Notes under the pieces: generated by a model | Databases searched by the model: none | What the model saw: only the letters and a program-made list of their open reading frames with translations | Told to the model about the DNA's origin: nothing | Source: an uncultured Ignavibacteriales bacterium | GTDB taxonomy: Bacteria; Zixibacteria; MSB-5A5; GN15; FEB-12 | Length of the DNA: 64,000 bases | Direction of reading: 5' to 3' | NCBI GenBank assembly: GCA_964464605.1 | Contig: CAYXJN010000001.1 | Span: forward strand, 317,068 to 381,067 | In this document: in pieces, positions 51,913 to 62,053 of the stretch | Numbering within the stretch: position 1 is the first letter of the stretch | Layout: every line of letters starts with the position of its first letter | Position numbers and translations under genes: made by a program

Positions 51913-52470
51913 TCAGCGATACTTCACTTTAAACTGACCTTTTAACTGCAGTGACTTGCCGTCCACGTTTCTGTATTGACCTTCAATGGTTGCAAAGAAA
52001 TGTGAATCCTTTACGGAGTCAATTACCATACTTCCGGTGGTAGGGGTATAGACTTTTTTCTCGGGTGCGATGTCATAGTTTCCGGAAAGCTGCGCCGCAG
52101 AATTCCCTTTTAGAAAAATCAATCCTGCTTTTACCGGTTCAGCGATATTGAAAAATACGCGAAAACGGCTGACTTCATCGAAGGCGAGCACTTCTTCAAT
52201 TTTACGTTCGCTCTCTTTTTTCCAGGTAGTCGATATAGTGGCGATTAAGGTGTTGTTGTCCCCCTGCAGCATTTCGATATCGTCTGTACGGGGAACAAAG
52301 CGGGATTTGACGACAAATTTTGTATTCTCAACTTCCGCCAGCTTCTTGCCACGCGAATCCTGCATATACAGATCGAGCCGGTACCGGCTGCGATTGACAC
52401 AGCCAATGAATACTAGATTAGTCAGGAGAATCGTGAGAATCAGGATTCCTGAAACCGTAGAGCGAGCCAT
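51913..52470 (-). CDS. hypothetical lipoprotein
   Basis: FIGC lipobox; beta-rich mature part. Confidence 0.72.
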   Translation of the reverse strand: MARSTVSGILILTILLTNLVFIGCVNRSRYRLDLYMQDSRGKKLAEVENTKFVVKSRFVPRTDDIEMLQGDNNTLIATISTTWKKESERKIEEVLAFDEVSRFRVFFNIAEPVKAGLIFLKGNSAAQLSGNYDIAPEKKVYTPTTGSMVIDSVKDSHFFATIEGQYRNVDGKSLQLKGQFKVKYR

Positions 52471-52473
52471 TGT

Positions 52474-53649
52474 TTACTCCGGCAGTGGGGAACCATCGGT
52501 ACCGAATCGCGCGCTGGGAGCGTGAAGCGGCATGGACATAATGCGATAATTCTTATACAACGTAGCGCCGATATTTTTCGCCATGGTGTTCATCTGGTCA
52601 TTGACTTCCAAGACCCATGACATCTCAGCGCGGGTATAGCCTCGTGCAATTCCGATATTGTACGTGTTGTAGAACATCATCGATTCGACGCCGCGATTAC
52701 GATACTCCCGGTTTACCCCCATCGTAATAACGCGGATTCCCTTGATTACCTTTTTCACTTTGGTAAGCCACAGGAGTTTGAGCAGGCCGAAAGGAAACAG
52801 TTTTCCGTTCATGTGTATCAACGCATCGTTGATATCAGGGAGTCCGATAGAAAAGGCGACCGGTTTCCCGTTCAGTTCGGCGATCAACGCAAGTTCCGGA
52901 TCGATAATTTCCTTAAGATTTTTAGCCGTATAGAAAAATTCTTCCTCTCCCATCGGTACGAATCCCCAGTTCGGTTCCCACGCGGAATTATAAATGTCGT
53001 TGATGATGCGAACTTCGTTGTCAAAATCGTTCATCTTAATTTTTCGGATCTTAAACGGTGAACGATCTTTGAGCTTTTCCATGATTTTTGCAACCCGTTC
53101 CGGAAACGGCAAATCTTTGGTGAAGATATAGGCGTTTAAGTCCATTTCTTTTTTCAGGCCAAAGCGTTCAGCCAATTCAGGAAGATACGGCGGATTCCAG
53201 GTCATCATCACGAACGGCGGGGAATCGAACCCGTTAATCAAAAATCCGATTTCATGGTTAGTCGAAAAATTCATCGGCCCGCGCATGATCATCATTCCCT
53301 CTTTTTTAAGGTGAATCATGACCACTTTCAAAAGGAGCGATGCGATTTCGTAATCATCCGGGCAGTCAAAAAAGCCGAAGAACCCCGCCTTTTCCGAATG
53401 AAATTCATTGTGGGTAAAATTGACACATGCTGCTATACGGCCGACGGCTTTGCCGTCTTTCATGGCTAAAAACAGCTGCACTTTAGCTGTTTTGTAGAAT
53501 GGATTCTTTTCCTGATCGAAGAAATCAAGCCGCTCCATCATAAGCGGCGTGACATAATTGCGGTTGTTCTTGTAGAGCTTATTCGGGACTTCGATAAAAG
53601 CCCGCAGTTGCGCTTTGGTCTCTACGGGTACGACTTCTACTGAGGCCAT
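52474..53649 (-). CDS. YghO-like GNAT protein, candidate bacterial ceramide synthase
   Basis: VGRIAA, GFFGFFDC, RGPMNFSTN, WGFVP, PDIN..GKLFPFG and EMSWVLE motifs; adjacent to an spt-like gene. Confidence 0.75.
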   Translation of the reverse strand: MASVEVVPVETKAQLRAFIEVPNKLYKNNRNYVTPLMMERLDFFDQEKNPFYKTAKVQLFLAMKDGKAVGRIAACVNFTHNEFHSEKAGFFGFFDCPDDYEIASLLLKVVMIHLKKEGMMIMRGPMNFSTNHEIGFLINGFDSPPFVMMTWNPPYLPELAERFGLKKEMDLNAYIFTKDLPFPERVAKIMEKLKDRSPFKIRKIKMNDFDNEVRIINDIYNSAWEPNWGFVPMGEEEFFYTAKNLKEIIDPELALIAELNGKPVAFSIGLPDINDALIHMNGKLFPFGLLKLLWLTKVKKVIKGIRVITMGVNREYRNRGVESMMFYNTYNIGIARGYTRAEMSWVLEVNDQMNTMAKNIGATLYKNYRIMSMPLHAPSARFGTDGSPLPE

Positions 53650-53655
53650 CGTGAT

Positions 53656-54882
53656 TTAGGAAATCAATCCTCGTTTACGTCCGACTTTCGCGACAATTTC
53701 CACAACCTGATCCAAGAGTGCATCGGTGTGGGTTGCCGTATAGCTGGTGCGAATCATCGCCTGACCGGGCGGCACCGCCGGTGAAATTACCGGGTTGGTG
53801 AACACGCCGTTGTCGAACAAATCTTTCCAGAACGCGAATGCATCTAAATCTTCACCTACCACAATCGGTACGATCGGCGTTTCGGTATGACCGACGTTGA
53901 AACCGAGTGATTGGAATTCTTTTTTCATCCGGCGAGCGTTTTTCCAAAGATTTTCACGGCGTTCCGGTTCTGCTTCCAAAATATCCAATGCGGCCAAAAC
54001 TGCGGCGGCGTTGGAGGGGGGAATAGAAGCTGAGAATATCAATGCGCGGGCATGGTGCTGGACAAAGTTAATAACTTTCTTATCGCCGACCACAAATCCG
54101 CCGAGTGACGCGAACGATTTGGAGAATGTGCCCATCGTAAGGGCGACACGGTCGACTATATCAAAATGCTCCGCCGTACCGGCGCCGGTTTTACCGAGCA
54201 CACCGACTGAGTGAGCATCGTCGACAAGCACACGGGCATCAAACCGCTCAGCGATTTCGACGAGTTCTTTCAGTTTGATAATGTCCCCTTCCATCGAGAA
54301 GACACCGTCGACGACAACCAGAATTCCTCCGCGAGAGGTCAGATTGCGAACGTTGGTAATAACCCGTTCGAAATCGGCCATATCGTTGTGCGCGAACTTG
54401 TATGTTTTTCCATATGATAAACGGGCGCCGTCGACAATACAGGCATGTACCTGACGGTCGATAATAATCGCGTCGTTCTTGCTGACTAAAGAAGAGATAA
54501 CACCGAGATTAGTCTGAAATCCGGTTGAAAAAACGAGCGCCGCTTCGCGCTTCATAAATTTGGCAAGGCGACGTTCCAATTCAAGATGCAAGTCCAGGGT
54601 ACCATTCAAAAAACGTGATCCGGTACAGCCGGAACCGTATTTGCGGGCAGCTTCTGCGGCCGCTTCTTTTACTTTCGGATGGTTAACAAGTCCAAGATAG
54701 TTGTTTGATCCGACCATGATGCACTTGTGCCCATCTACCAGTACTTCATCACCCGGCGCGGATTGCATCGGATGGAAATACGGATAAATCCCCATGGCCT
54801 TGACATCATCGGCCGCGGTAAAATTGACACACTTTTCAAACAGGTCAGGATAACTGACCTGAACGGACTGCTCTGACTGCAA
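53656..54882 (-). CDS. spt: class II PLP alpha-oxoamine synthase, probable serine palmitoyltransferase
   Basis: GIYPYF, GSNNYLGL, GSRFLNGTLDLH, DDAH and GTFSKS (PLP Lys) motifs. Confidence 0.75.
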   Translation of the reverse strand: MQSEQSVQVSYPDLFEKCVNFTAADDVKAMGIYPYFHPMQSAPGDEVLVDGHKCIMVGSNNYLGLVNHPKVKEAAAEAARKYGSGCTGSRFLNGTLDLHLELERRLAKFMKREAALVFSTGFQTNLGVISSLVSKNDAIIIDRQVHACIVDGARLSYGKTYKFAHNDMADFERVITNVRNLTSRGGILVVVDGVFSMEGDIIKLKELVEIAERFDARVLVDDAHSVGVLGKTGAGTAEHFDIVDRVALTMGTFSKSFASLGGFVVGDKKVINFVQHHARALIFSASIPPSNAAAVLAALDILEAEPERRENLWKNARRMKKEFQSLGFNVGHTETPIVPIVVGEDLDAFAFWKDLFDNGVFTNPVISPAVPPGQAMIRTSYTATHTDALLDQVVEIVAKVGRKRGLIS

Positions 54883-55006
54883 GTGTTCTCCCTAAATTAC
54901 CTAAGGTCACTCGTATAAAGCACCAAAGTAATCGAACGGGACAAAGGAAGTCAAGCGGAGCTTCGCGTCATTTTCCGACTGAAAAACAGAGCTTTCTTGT
55001 TGCCGT

Positions 55007-56461
55007 TCAACGAGGTGCGAAGACCCGGTAACAGCCAAAACGTGCGGTTTCACGGTACTGCCGGTTGATAACTTTCGTCAGCTCCGTAACCGGTTCATTG
55101 ATAACCACGCAATAGGCGGGAATTTTTTGATCTATTAACGTGTTAAGATCTGCTGTTACCGGTAAGCGGTAGTGTCGCTTTTGATCGTCAGAAATTGGAA
55201 GGTAATATTCGAAACCGACAAAGGTCAGTTCCGGAAAGGTCTGGCATGATGCTAAAGCGGGAATAATGGGTGTCTCGGCATAAATTAACTCATCGCTTTT
55301 GTCGCCATTATTTAGAAATTCTACAACTGACCGTATATCCGTGAGTTTGCTTTTTTGATCGCTCTCCCGTACGCCGCCAACAAAAGTGTACAGATACGGC
55401 ACAAGCATACCAACATACAAAACGCGGCAAGCAATCAGTACGGGTCGATTACTCGGCAGCCGTTTGAGTGCGCATCCGCCAATCAATGCAAACGGTATTG
55501 CCTGCACGAAATACTGCTGATGAATCGGGTTCGGCAGCAGATAGATGACGCTGATACTAAGGGCGGTTAACCAGGAAAGTTTGAGAAATTGTTCATTGGT
55601 GCTTTCGTCCTTTTTCGCATCTGCACACTTTTTCTCCCGAATTGCTATAACAGTTAGTATAAGTGGAAACAGCAAGACGGGGTTGATTACTAACTTGCCG
55701 ATGACTACCAAGCGATCGACTATCGATTGCAAAAACCCGACACCCGGATTTCGCATGGTGTGAAAGATGATGTTGTCGAAAAGAAAACGGTTGGTGTCGG
55801 TAAACAGCATAATTAGCGACGGAATCGAAACTAATGCGGTGCTCCCCACAAATACAAAAAACGGTACTGCCGCATTTTGATTTTCGTTCTTAGTTATCTT
55901 CCAAATATACCATCCCCAAAGAACAATTACTGGCGAAAGTGTGATACGAATATTGACGGCAACAGCCAGCAAGGCGCCGGCAAGTGCGGCAAATACCCAG
56001 TTTCGCTTTACTGAGTACAGATACATGACGGCGAAACTGCATAAGAGCAGCGGGTCTGTCCAGGCATAGGTTTTTGCTGCCGAATGCCAAATAAGTGTGA
56101 GCGTGCTGAAGCAATACAAAAATAGAACCAACAGTTTCGTTTGGGCGTTTTGTGCCAGCCGGGATACCAAAAAAAGGAATGCAAAAAGCCCGCATACACA
56201 CATAGCCGCACCCACTAATCGGCTTGCGTGTAATGTTGCAAATCCGTTTTCAGCAAAAGGAGATAATAGGTATGGCAGAAAGGGTGCCTGCGGATAAAAG
56301 AAATCAGTGTACAGCGTCGAGCCGCCTGCAACAGAGCGGGCGCTGAGTAAGTAAAACCCTTCATCATAATCGAGGATACGAAAAAAAACCAAAAACAAAA
56401 GCAAGCCAACATGCGCGAAAAGCAGCGCCGCAATACCCGCATTCTGTTTTGAGAAGGCCAT
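55007..56461 (-). CDS. GT-C fold membrane glycosyltransferase (ArnT/PMT-like)
   Basis: DYDEGFY in the first loop, LYTDFFYPQAP, about 11 TM segments. Confidence 0.75.
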   Translation of the reverse strand: MAFSKQNAGIAALLFAHVGLLLFLVFFRILDYDEGFYLLSARSVAGGSTLYTDFFYPQAPFLPYLLSPFAENGFATLHASRLVGAAMCVCGLFAFLFLVSRLAQNAQTKLLVLFLYCFSTLTLIWHSAAKTYAWTDPLLLCSFAVMYLYSVKRNWVFAALAGALLAVAVNIRITLSPVIVLWGWYIWKITKNENQNAAVPFFVFVGSTALVSIPSLIMLFTDTNRFLFDNIIFHTMRNPGVGFLQSIVDRLVVIGKLVINPVLLFPLILTVIAIREKKCADAKKDESTNEQFLKLSWLTALSISVIYLLPNPIHQQYFVQAIPFALIGGCALKRLPSNRPVLIACRVLYVGMLVPYLYTFVGGVRESDQKSKLTDIRSVVEFLNNGDKSDELIYAETPIIPALASCQTFPELTFVGFEYYLPISDDQKRHYRLPVTADLNTLIDQKIPAYCVVINEPVTELTKVINRQYRETARFGCYRVFAPR

Positions 56462-56528
56462 AGCGTTTCTACTATAGCTTCTCAGTTTGGCAAAGTGAAG
56501 TGCAGATAAATGAGTCTTGGGGTATCGG

Positions 56529-57539
56529 CTACTGGCGCATTTTGATTTCTTTGATCAACTCGTTCGTGAACTCAGTAGTGGAATAACTGCCGCCGAGGTC
56601 AGTCGTCAGGTAATGGTTGGTAGCGATATTGAGCACGATCGACTTCCAGATTTTTTCCGCAGCACGATGTTCTCCTAAATGATGAAGCATCAGCATTGCC
56701 GAAAGTATCAACGCCGTTGGGTTAGCTTTATTTTTTCCGGCGATATCCGGCGCGGAGCCGTGTACCGCCTCAAACACAGCGTATTCATCCCCGATATTCG
56801 CGCCCGGACAAACACCCAATCCGCCGACTAAGCCGGCCGCAAGATCGGACACGATATCGCCGAACAGATTTCCCAAAAGGAGCATATCGTATTTGCGCGG
56901 GTCCATGACCAGGTTCATACATAGCGCGTCAACTATTCTATCCTCCGCAATAATATCGGGGTAGCCCTTGGCAACATCACGGAAGGTATTGAGGAATAAT
57001 CCGTCGGTGATTTTCATGATGTTTGCTTTATGTACGAGCGTGATTTTTTTGCGGCCGTACGCACGGGCATACTCGAATGCCCACTTGGCTATACGGGTCG
57101 AGGCTTTTCTGGTAACCACTTTGACCGCGTGGGCTTCATCTTCGGATACCAGATTTTCGATCCCCATATAAATGTCTTCGGTGTTTTCGCGGATAATAAT
57201 CAGGTCGACCTTGTCGTAGTGACTCGGAACGCCGCCGATAGTTTTTGCCGGGCGAAAATTGACATACAAGTCGAGCATTTTACGAAGGGTAACATTCGCC
57301 GACTTGAACCCTTTGCCGACATCGGTGGTAATCGGTCCTTTGAGCGCGACTTTGTTTCGCTTGATTGAGGCAATCAGTTCATCAGGAACCGGGGTGCCAT
57401 GTGTCTGCATTGCCGGAGCTCCGGCTTCAATCCGTTCCCATTCAATATCGACACCAGCCGCTTCAATGACTCGCATCGTTGCTTCGCTGATTTCGGGGCC
57501 AATACCGTCGCCGGGAATTAATGTTACTTTATATGCCAT
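56529..57539 (-). CDS. isocitrate/isopropylmalate dehydrogenase family (NAD-IDH-like)
   Basis: IPGDGIGPE, RENTE, HKANIMK, NLFGDIVSD and HGSAPDIAG motifs. Confidence 0.9.
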   Translation of the reverse strand: MAYKVTLIPGDGIGPEISEATMRVIEAAGVDIEWERIEAGAPAMQTHGTPVPDELIASIKRNKVALKGPITTDVGKGFKSANVTLRKMLDLYVNFRPAKTIGGVPSHYDKVDLIIIRENTEDIYMGIENLVSEDEAHAVKVVTRKASTRIAKWAFEYARAYGRKKITLVHKANIMKITDGLFLNTFRDVAKGYPDIIAEDRIVDALCMNLVMDPRKYDMLLLGNLFGDIVSDLAAGLVGGLGVCPGANIGDEYAVFEAVHGSAPDIAGKNKANPTALILSAMLMLHHLGEHRAAEKIWKSIVLNIATNHYLTTDLGGSYSTTEFTNELIKEIKMRQ

Positions 57540-57681
57540 GGTTTCTTTCTCTTTAGTGTATAACTGTCGTGTGAGTAACGTATCGACAACTTCGACAACA
57601 AGTTAAGTGACTTTCCCGGCCGGCGCAATATCTCCTGACCGCCAATTGCCCGGCGAAGGAAAAAACAATACCTTACGCATT

Positions 57682-58737
57682 ATGTCTGAAAGTAAACAGG
57701 CAGCGCCTGTTCGTTTAACGGCCGAAGTTTCCTGTGCCGGTTGTGCCGCAAAATTAGCTGCAAACGCCTTGTCGCAGGCATTGGCCGGACTGAAAAAGCA
57801 GAACCATCCCGATTTATTGGTGGGATTCAACACCGCCGATGATGCCGGTGTGTTTCGTATCAGCGATACCCAAGCGCTCGTGCAGACGGTCGATTTTTTT
57901 CCGCCTATCGTAGATGATCCGTACAGTTTCGGGCAAATCGCGGCAGCCAATGCGCTTTCCGACGTTTATGCGATGGGTGGGCGTCCGGTGACGGCTATGA
58001 ATATCGTCGCATTCCCCTCTGATAAATTTCCATTGGAAATTCTCACTGAAGTGCTTCGCGGCGGCGGTGAAAAAATAGCGGAATCGGGCGCGGTGTTAGT
58101 CGGCGGCCATACGATTAAAGACCCGGAAATGAAATATGGCGTTTCGGTGACGGGATTAATCGATCCGAAGCGGATTATCACCAATGCCAACGCCAAACCG
58201 GGAGATAAACTATACCTTACCAAACCGCTGGGCACCGGAATTATTACGACATCGGTAAAGCGGGATAAAGCCCCGTCGGAACTTGAAAAAATTGCAATCA
58301 AGCAGATGTCGCAATTGAATGATCTTGCATCGCAAATTATGGTTCAAAACAGCGCGCACTCGGCGACAGATATTACCGGATTCGGTTTGCTTGGACACAC
58401 AGCCGAAATGGCGAGTGCATCAGGCGTCACGATTCGTCTCATATCTGCGAACCTTCCATTGTTACCCCAAGTATTGGAATTAGCGGCGGAAGGGATGAAT
58501 CCGGGTGGCGCGAAAGCGAATCGGGAGTATGTTGCGGGTCGGGTGGTTATATCCGATGACGTCAGTCCGGCGATGGAGCATGTCCTGTATGATCCGCAGA
58601 CATCGGGCGGACTACTGATTGCGATGCCGCAAAGCAGAGTTGAAGATTTTGAACGGGATTGTCTAACCCACAAACTTTCCATTTGGCGTATCGGCACCGT
58701 CGAAGCACAGGGAGAGTTTGCGCTGGTTGTCGAATAG
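57682..58737 (+). CDS. selD: selenide, water dikinase (Cys-containing form)
   Basis: CAGCAAK, DDAGV, TVDFF, ANALSDVYAMGG, TDITGFGL and DPQTSGGLL motifs. Confidence 0.95.
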   Translation: MSESKQAAPVRLTAEVSCAGCAAKLAANALSQALAGLKKQNHPDLLVGFNTADDAGVFRISDTQALVQTVDFFPPIVDDPYSFGQIAAANALSDVYAMGGRPVTAMNIVAFPSDKFPLEILTEVLRGGGEKIAESGAVLVGGHTIKDPEMKYGVSVTGLIDPKRIITNANAKPGDKLYLTKPLGTGIITTSVKRDKAPSELEKIAIKQMSQLNDLASQIMVQNSAHSATDITGFGLLGHTAEMASASGVTIRLISANLPLLPQVLELAAEGMNPGGAKANREYVAGRVVISDDVSPAMEHVLYDPQTSGGLLIAMPQSRVEDFERDCLTHKLSIWRIGTVEAQGEFALVVE

Positions 58738-58769
58738 CAAACTAACGAGAAAACATAACAGGAGGTTCT

Positions 58770-59393
58770 ATGTCCGACCGATACAAAGTAAAGCCGCTGC
58801 CGTACGCGTACGATAAGCTCGACGGCATTTCCGGCCAAACCAATACATTTCACCATGACACCCATTACGCCGGATATGTTAAAAAACGTAATGAAGTGAT
58901 GACCAAACTCGAATCAGCCGACAAAAGTGCTGCTAATGCCAACTATTCGGAATTCGGCGCGCTCAAGCGGCACGAAACGTTCAATGCTGCCGGACAGCAC
59001 CTGCATGAACTGTTTTGGGATATTCTTGGCGGTGACGGCAAACCGACCGGCGAAGTGGCCGAGCATATCAACCGCTCCTATGGTTCCTATGAAAACTGGG
59101 CGGCTGATTTCAAAGCTTCCGGCATGATCGCCCTTGGATGGGTGGTAACGGCGCTTGACCCGCTTGATGATAGCATCCACAATTTTACCGGCGATGCCCA
59201 CAATCAGGGTGGTGTGTGGGGAGCATTCCCGCTTCTGGCGATGGATGTGTATGAGCATGCTTACTACCATGATCAGGGTCCGGCGCGCGCCAAGTATCTT
59301 GATGCCTTTATTAAGAATATCAACTGGAAAGAAGTTGATCGCCGGTATAAGATTTTCAAAAAGATCTCAGGAGAATTTAAAGCTACCTGGTAA
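58770..59393 (+). CDS. Fe/Mn superoxide dismutase
   Basis: LPYAYD, HHDTH, HELFW and DVYEHAYY metal-ligand motifs. Confidence 0.92.
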   Translation: MSDRYKVKPLPYAYDKLDGISGQTNTFHHDTHYAGYVKKRNEVMTKLESADKSAANANYSEFGALKRHETFNAAGQHLHELFWDILGGDGKPTGEVAEHINRSYGSYENWAADFKASGMIALGWVVTALDPLDDSIHNFTGDAHNQGGVWGAFPLLAMDVYEHAYYHDQGPARAKYLDAFIKNINWKEVDRRYKIFKKISGEFKATW

Positions 59394-59443
59394 AACCGGA
59401 CAAAACAGATGCCAGTGCTCCGCTTTGGCGGATCAAATCATCG

Positions 59444-59482
59444 TGCGGCGTATCGAATATCCGATACGCCGCATCTTTTTTT
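59444..59482 (+). terminator. intrinsic terminator after sod
   Basis: TGCGGCGTATCG...CGATACGCCGCA 12-bp stem followed by T7. Confidence 0.75.
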
Positions 59483-59633
59483 GTCGTTTTGCAGGAAAAC
59501 AACGAATTGCAGAACCATCGCACGGTGTTCGACATATAACAGATGACAAGACTTTGCACAGATTGCCAAATGATGCTCGTTGTTGGTTGACAAAGGCGTT
59601 ACGATGGCGATACTTAGAATAAGTGGGAAATGA

Positions 59634-59903
59634 ATGGCGAGGTGGAATATGGATATCGATGTCATCTATTCCAAAGCCGATCCGCGGCAGTGTTCAACTC
59701 GTGATTTTGTGTATCGCTTCGTGCGGGAACGCGGAATTCGCGCACATATTTACGAACACGAAGAACACGTGGCGCAGGTGATACTGGTGGTGGATGGTGT
59801 TACGCTCAAGGAAAAGCGGCATCAACCGCGATCCGAGGATACCGCGCCATATCCGACTATTGAGGTCATCGCCCAGACATTGGAGCAGCACGCGTGGAGT
59901 TAA
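59634..59903 (+). CDS. small hypothetical protein (start may be 59649)
   Basis: GAGG before ATG 59649; upstream TTGACA; terminator downstream. Confidence 0.6.
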   Translation: MARWNMDIDVIYSKADPRQCSTRDFVYRFVRERGIRAHIYEHEEHVAQVILVVDGVTLKEKRHQPRSEDTAPYPTIEVIAQTLEQHAWS

Positions 59904-59924
59904 AAAAGCGCAGAGTAGCAAAAT

Positions 59925-59958
59925 AAAAAAGCGTTCATGATTACATGAACGCTTTTTT
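59925..59958. terminator. bidirectional terminator
   Basis: A6-GCGTTCATG-atta-CATGAACGC-T6. Confidence 0.8.
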
Positions 59959-59977
59959 GCTAATGTAATATTTAAAA

Positions 59978-60814
59978 TCAAACGTCCATCCGTTCAACAC
60001 AACCGGCAATCAGATCGCGCAGTTTCGGTTCGGTGCGGGATGCTGTCCGGATAACATCATCCAATGAACAGGGGTGCATATTGTCCGCTAATCCCATATC
60101 GGTGATAATCGAAAAACCGAGAATACGATTCTTTTGATGGTGTGCCGTCAACACTTCCGGAACGGTAGACATGCCAACCGCATCTGCGCCAATTGTTCTA
60201 AAGAAACGGTATTCGGCGGATGTCTCCAAGCATGGTCCGGTCAAACCAAGATAGACACCGGTTTGCATCGGCAGTTTCAAATCAATCGCAACCTGTTTGG
60301 CCATTTCCTGATATTTGAAGTTGTAGACTTCGTACATGTCAGGAAAACGATCCCCCCAGTTGGCATCGTTCGGACCAATCAGCGGGTTACCTGGAAAAAA
60401 GTTGATATGGTCTTTAATCAGCATGATATCCCCCGCTTTGAAATTCGGGTTCATGCCGCCGGCGGCATTGGAAACAATCATTGTTTCCATCCCGAGTTTT
60501 TTCATCACTCGAATCGGAAAAGCGATTTGTTTGAAGCTGTATCCTTCGTAATAATGAAATCGCCCTTGCATTGCCACCACCGGTTTGCCGCGCAGTGTGC
60601 CGAACAGCAAACGTCCGGCGTGAGATTCAACGGTTGAAACGGGGAAATGCGGAATTTTATCGTACTCGACTGATCCGACCATTTGGATACCGTCGACCAA
60701 TGAACCGAGCCCTGTGCCGAGAATAATCCCGACTCGCGGTTCGAATTTAACTTTTCCTTTGATGAAGCTGACTGCTTCATCGATCATCGCGTTCATTTCC
60801 TGAATTGTCTGCAC
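59978..60814 (-). CDS. punA: purine nucleoside phosphorylase (trimeric type)
   Basis: ILGTGLG, QGRFHYYEG, NAAGG and GADAVGMSTVPE motifs. Confidence 0.93.
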   Translation of the reverse strand: MQTIQEMNAMIDEAVSFIKGKVKFEPRVGIILGTGLGSLVDGIQMVGSVEYDKIPHFPVSTVESHAGRLLFGTLRGKPVVAMQGRFHYYEGYSFKQIAFPIRVMKKLGMETMIVSNAAGGMNPNFKAGDIMLIKDHINFFPGNPLIGPNDANWGDRFPDMYEVYNFKYQEMAKQVAIDLKLPMQTGVYLGLTGPCLETSAEYRFFRTIGADAVGMSTVPEVLTAHHQKNRILGFSIITDMGLADNMHPCSLDDVIRTASRTEPKLRDLIAGCVERMDV

Positions 60815-61002
60815 AACACTTAGCCTTTCTGAAGTTCATAATTGTTGAATGGGAGAAGATAAAACAGACGTCGCCCGCTGTCAGCAGGAAAGTGACGTCG
60901 TCACAGTAATAAATTCAATTCGTTTCGGCAGTTGAGTTCAGATAGATAATCGCAGGCGTGATAGGTAACCGCGAAGCGCATGCAAGTGGCGCAGCCACCA
61001 TG

Positions 61003-61035
61003 AAAAAACCGGTGGACGCTACATCCACCGGCTTT
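61003..61035 (-). terminator. terminator after divIVA
   Basis: CCGGTGGA...TCCACCGG stem; A6 on the + strand gives a U-tail on the - strand. Confidence 0.65.
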
Positions 61036-61063
61036 AGTCACCCGTGATCAGTGGGTAAGCCCC

Positions 61064-62053
61064 TTAATTTTTTTCAGCTTTACTGATCTCTTCTTCGAAT
61101 TTCGCGACGACGCGGTCAAGCTCATCGGCCAAATTATCGGCTGATAATGAACCGTCAGATGTCGGCGGTTTTGTGGCCGGAGTGGCGTTAGCATCGATAT
61201 TGATGCTGCTATGTTCAAAGGATTGCGGTGAAGAAAAATTGCTGCTGATATGCAAACGTCCGCTGGCATCCGGAGCCGGAGTTGCGGGCGGTTCATGCAC
61301 GGTGGCAAATTGCTGGGTCGCAATTTTTGCCGTCGATGAAGCAGCCGGCTGTGTGCTTACTTTTCCGGAGCGATTTGCGTATTTTTCAAGTGAGGCTGCC
61401 AGTTCCGGATCGATACCGGTTGGCTGCGATGATGTCTGCTGCGGCAGAGAAGCGACAAACTTGCCGGGTGCGTTGGCTTCTTCGAAATGCACAGCTTTCG
61501 GCGCTTCCGGTTCGGTGGCAAAGGTCGTGCGGCTTTTGGTGGTAATATCTGCGGAGTCGGTAACATCGATCGGGCTGGTGTCGGAAACACGGGTGCCATC
61601 GAGTTTCATCGATGCCCCTTCGTTGATCATGTCCATATGCGCGGAGACAATTGAGCGAAGTTTGGTGATGTAACTCTTATGCGTAGTTTCCAACGCGTTA
61701 ATTTTTGCGTCGAGTTCTTCGACACGGTTGGTGCGGGAACCAAACACCTGTTCCGCATCGGCTTTTGCTTTATTCAGAAGAATTTCCGCTTCCCGCTTGG
61801 CTTGGGCAATAGTCTGGTCGGCGTTGCGGCGGGCGTCGATAGCGGCGTTTTTGATTGAATCTTCAAATTGACGTAATCCTGCCAACTGCGATTTGAGTGA
61901 ATCCATCTCCATCGAGAGACGCAGATGATCCTGTTTTGATTTCTCAAGGGCAGTAGCTGCCTTTTCCAGAATGTTTCGCACTTCTTCTTTGTCGTATCCG
62001 CGCATTTGCGTCTGGAATTCGTAAGTGCGAAGATCGTTCGGGGAAATGTCCAT
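61064..62053 (-). CDS. divIVA: DivIVA-domain protein with long low-complexity C-terminus
   Basis: ISPNDLRTYEFQTQMRGYDKEEV N-terminal motif and coiled coil; follows yggS. Confidence 0.85.
   Translation of the reverse strand: MDISPNDLRTYEFQTQMRGYDKEEVRNILEKAATALEKSKQDHLRLSMEMDSLKSQLAGLRQFEDSIKNAAIDARRNADQTIAQAKREAEILLNKAKADAEQVFGSRTNRVEELDAKINALETTHKSYITKLRSIVSAHMDMINEGASMKLDGTRVSDTSPIDVTDSADITTKSRTTFATEPEAPKAVHFEEANAPGKFVASLPQQTSSQPTGIDPELAASLEKYANRSGKVSTQPAASSTAKIATQQFATVHEPPATPAPDASGRLHISSNFSSPQSFEHSSINIDANATPATKPPTSDGSLSADNLADELDRVVAKFEEEISKAEKN

Noticed and set aside
57721..57760. Selenocysteine (UGA) recoding in selD
   Set aside because: The active-site codons are TGT (CAGC) and there is no in-frame TGA.
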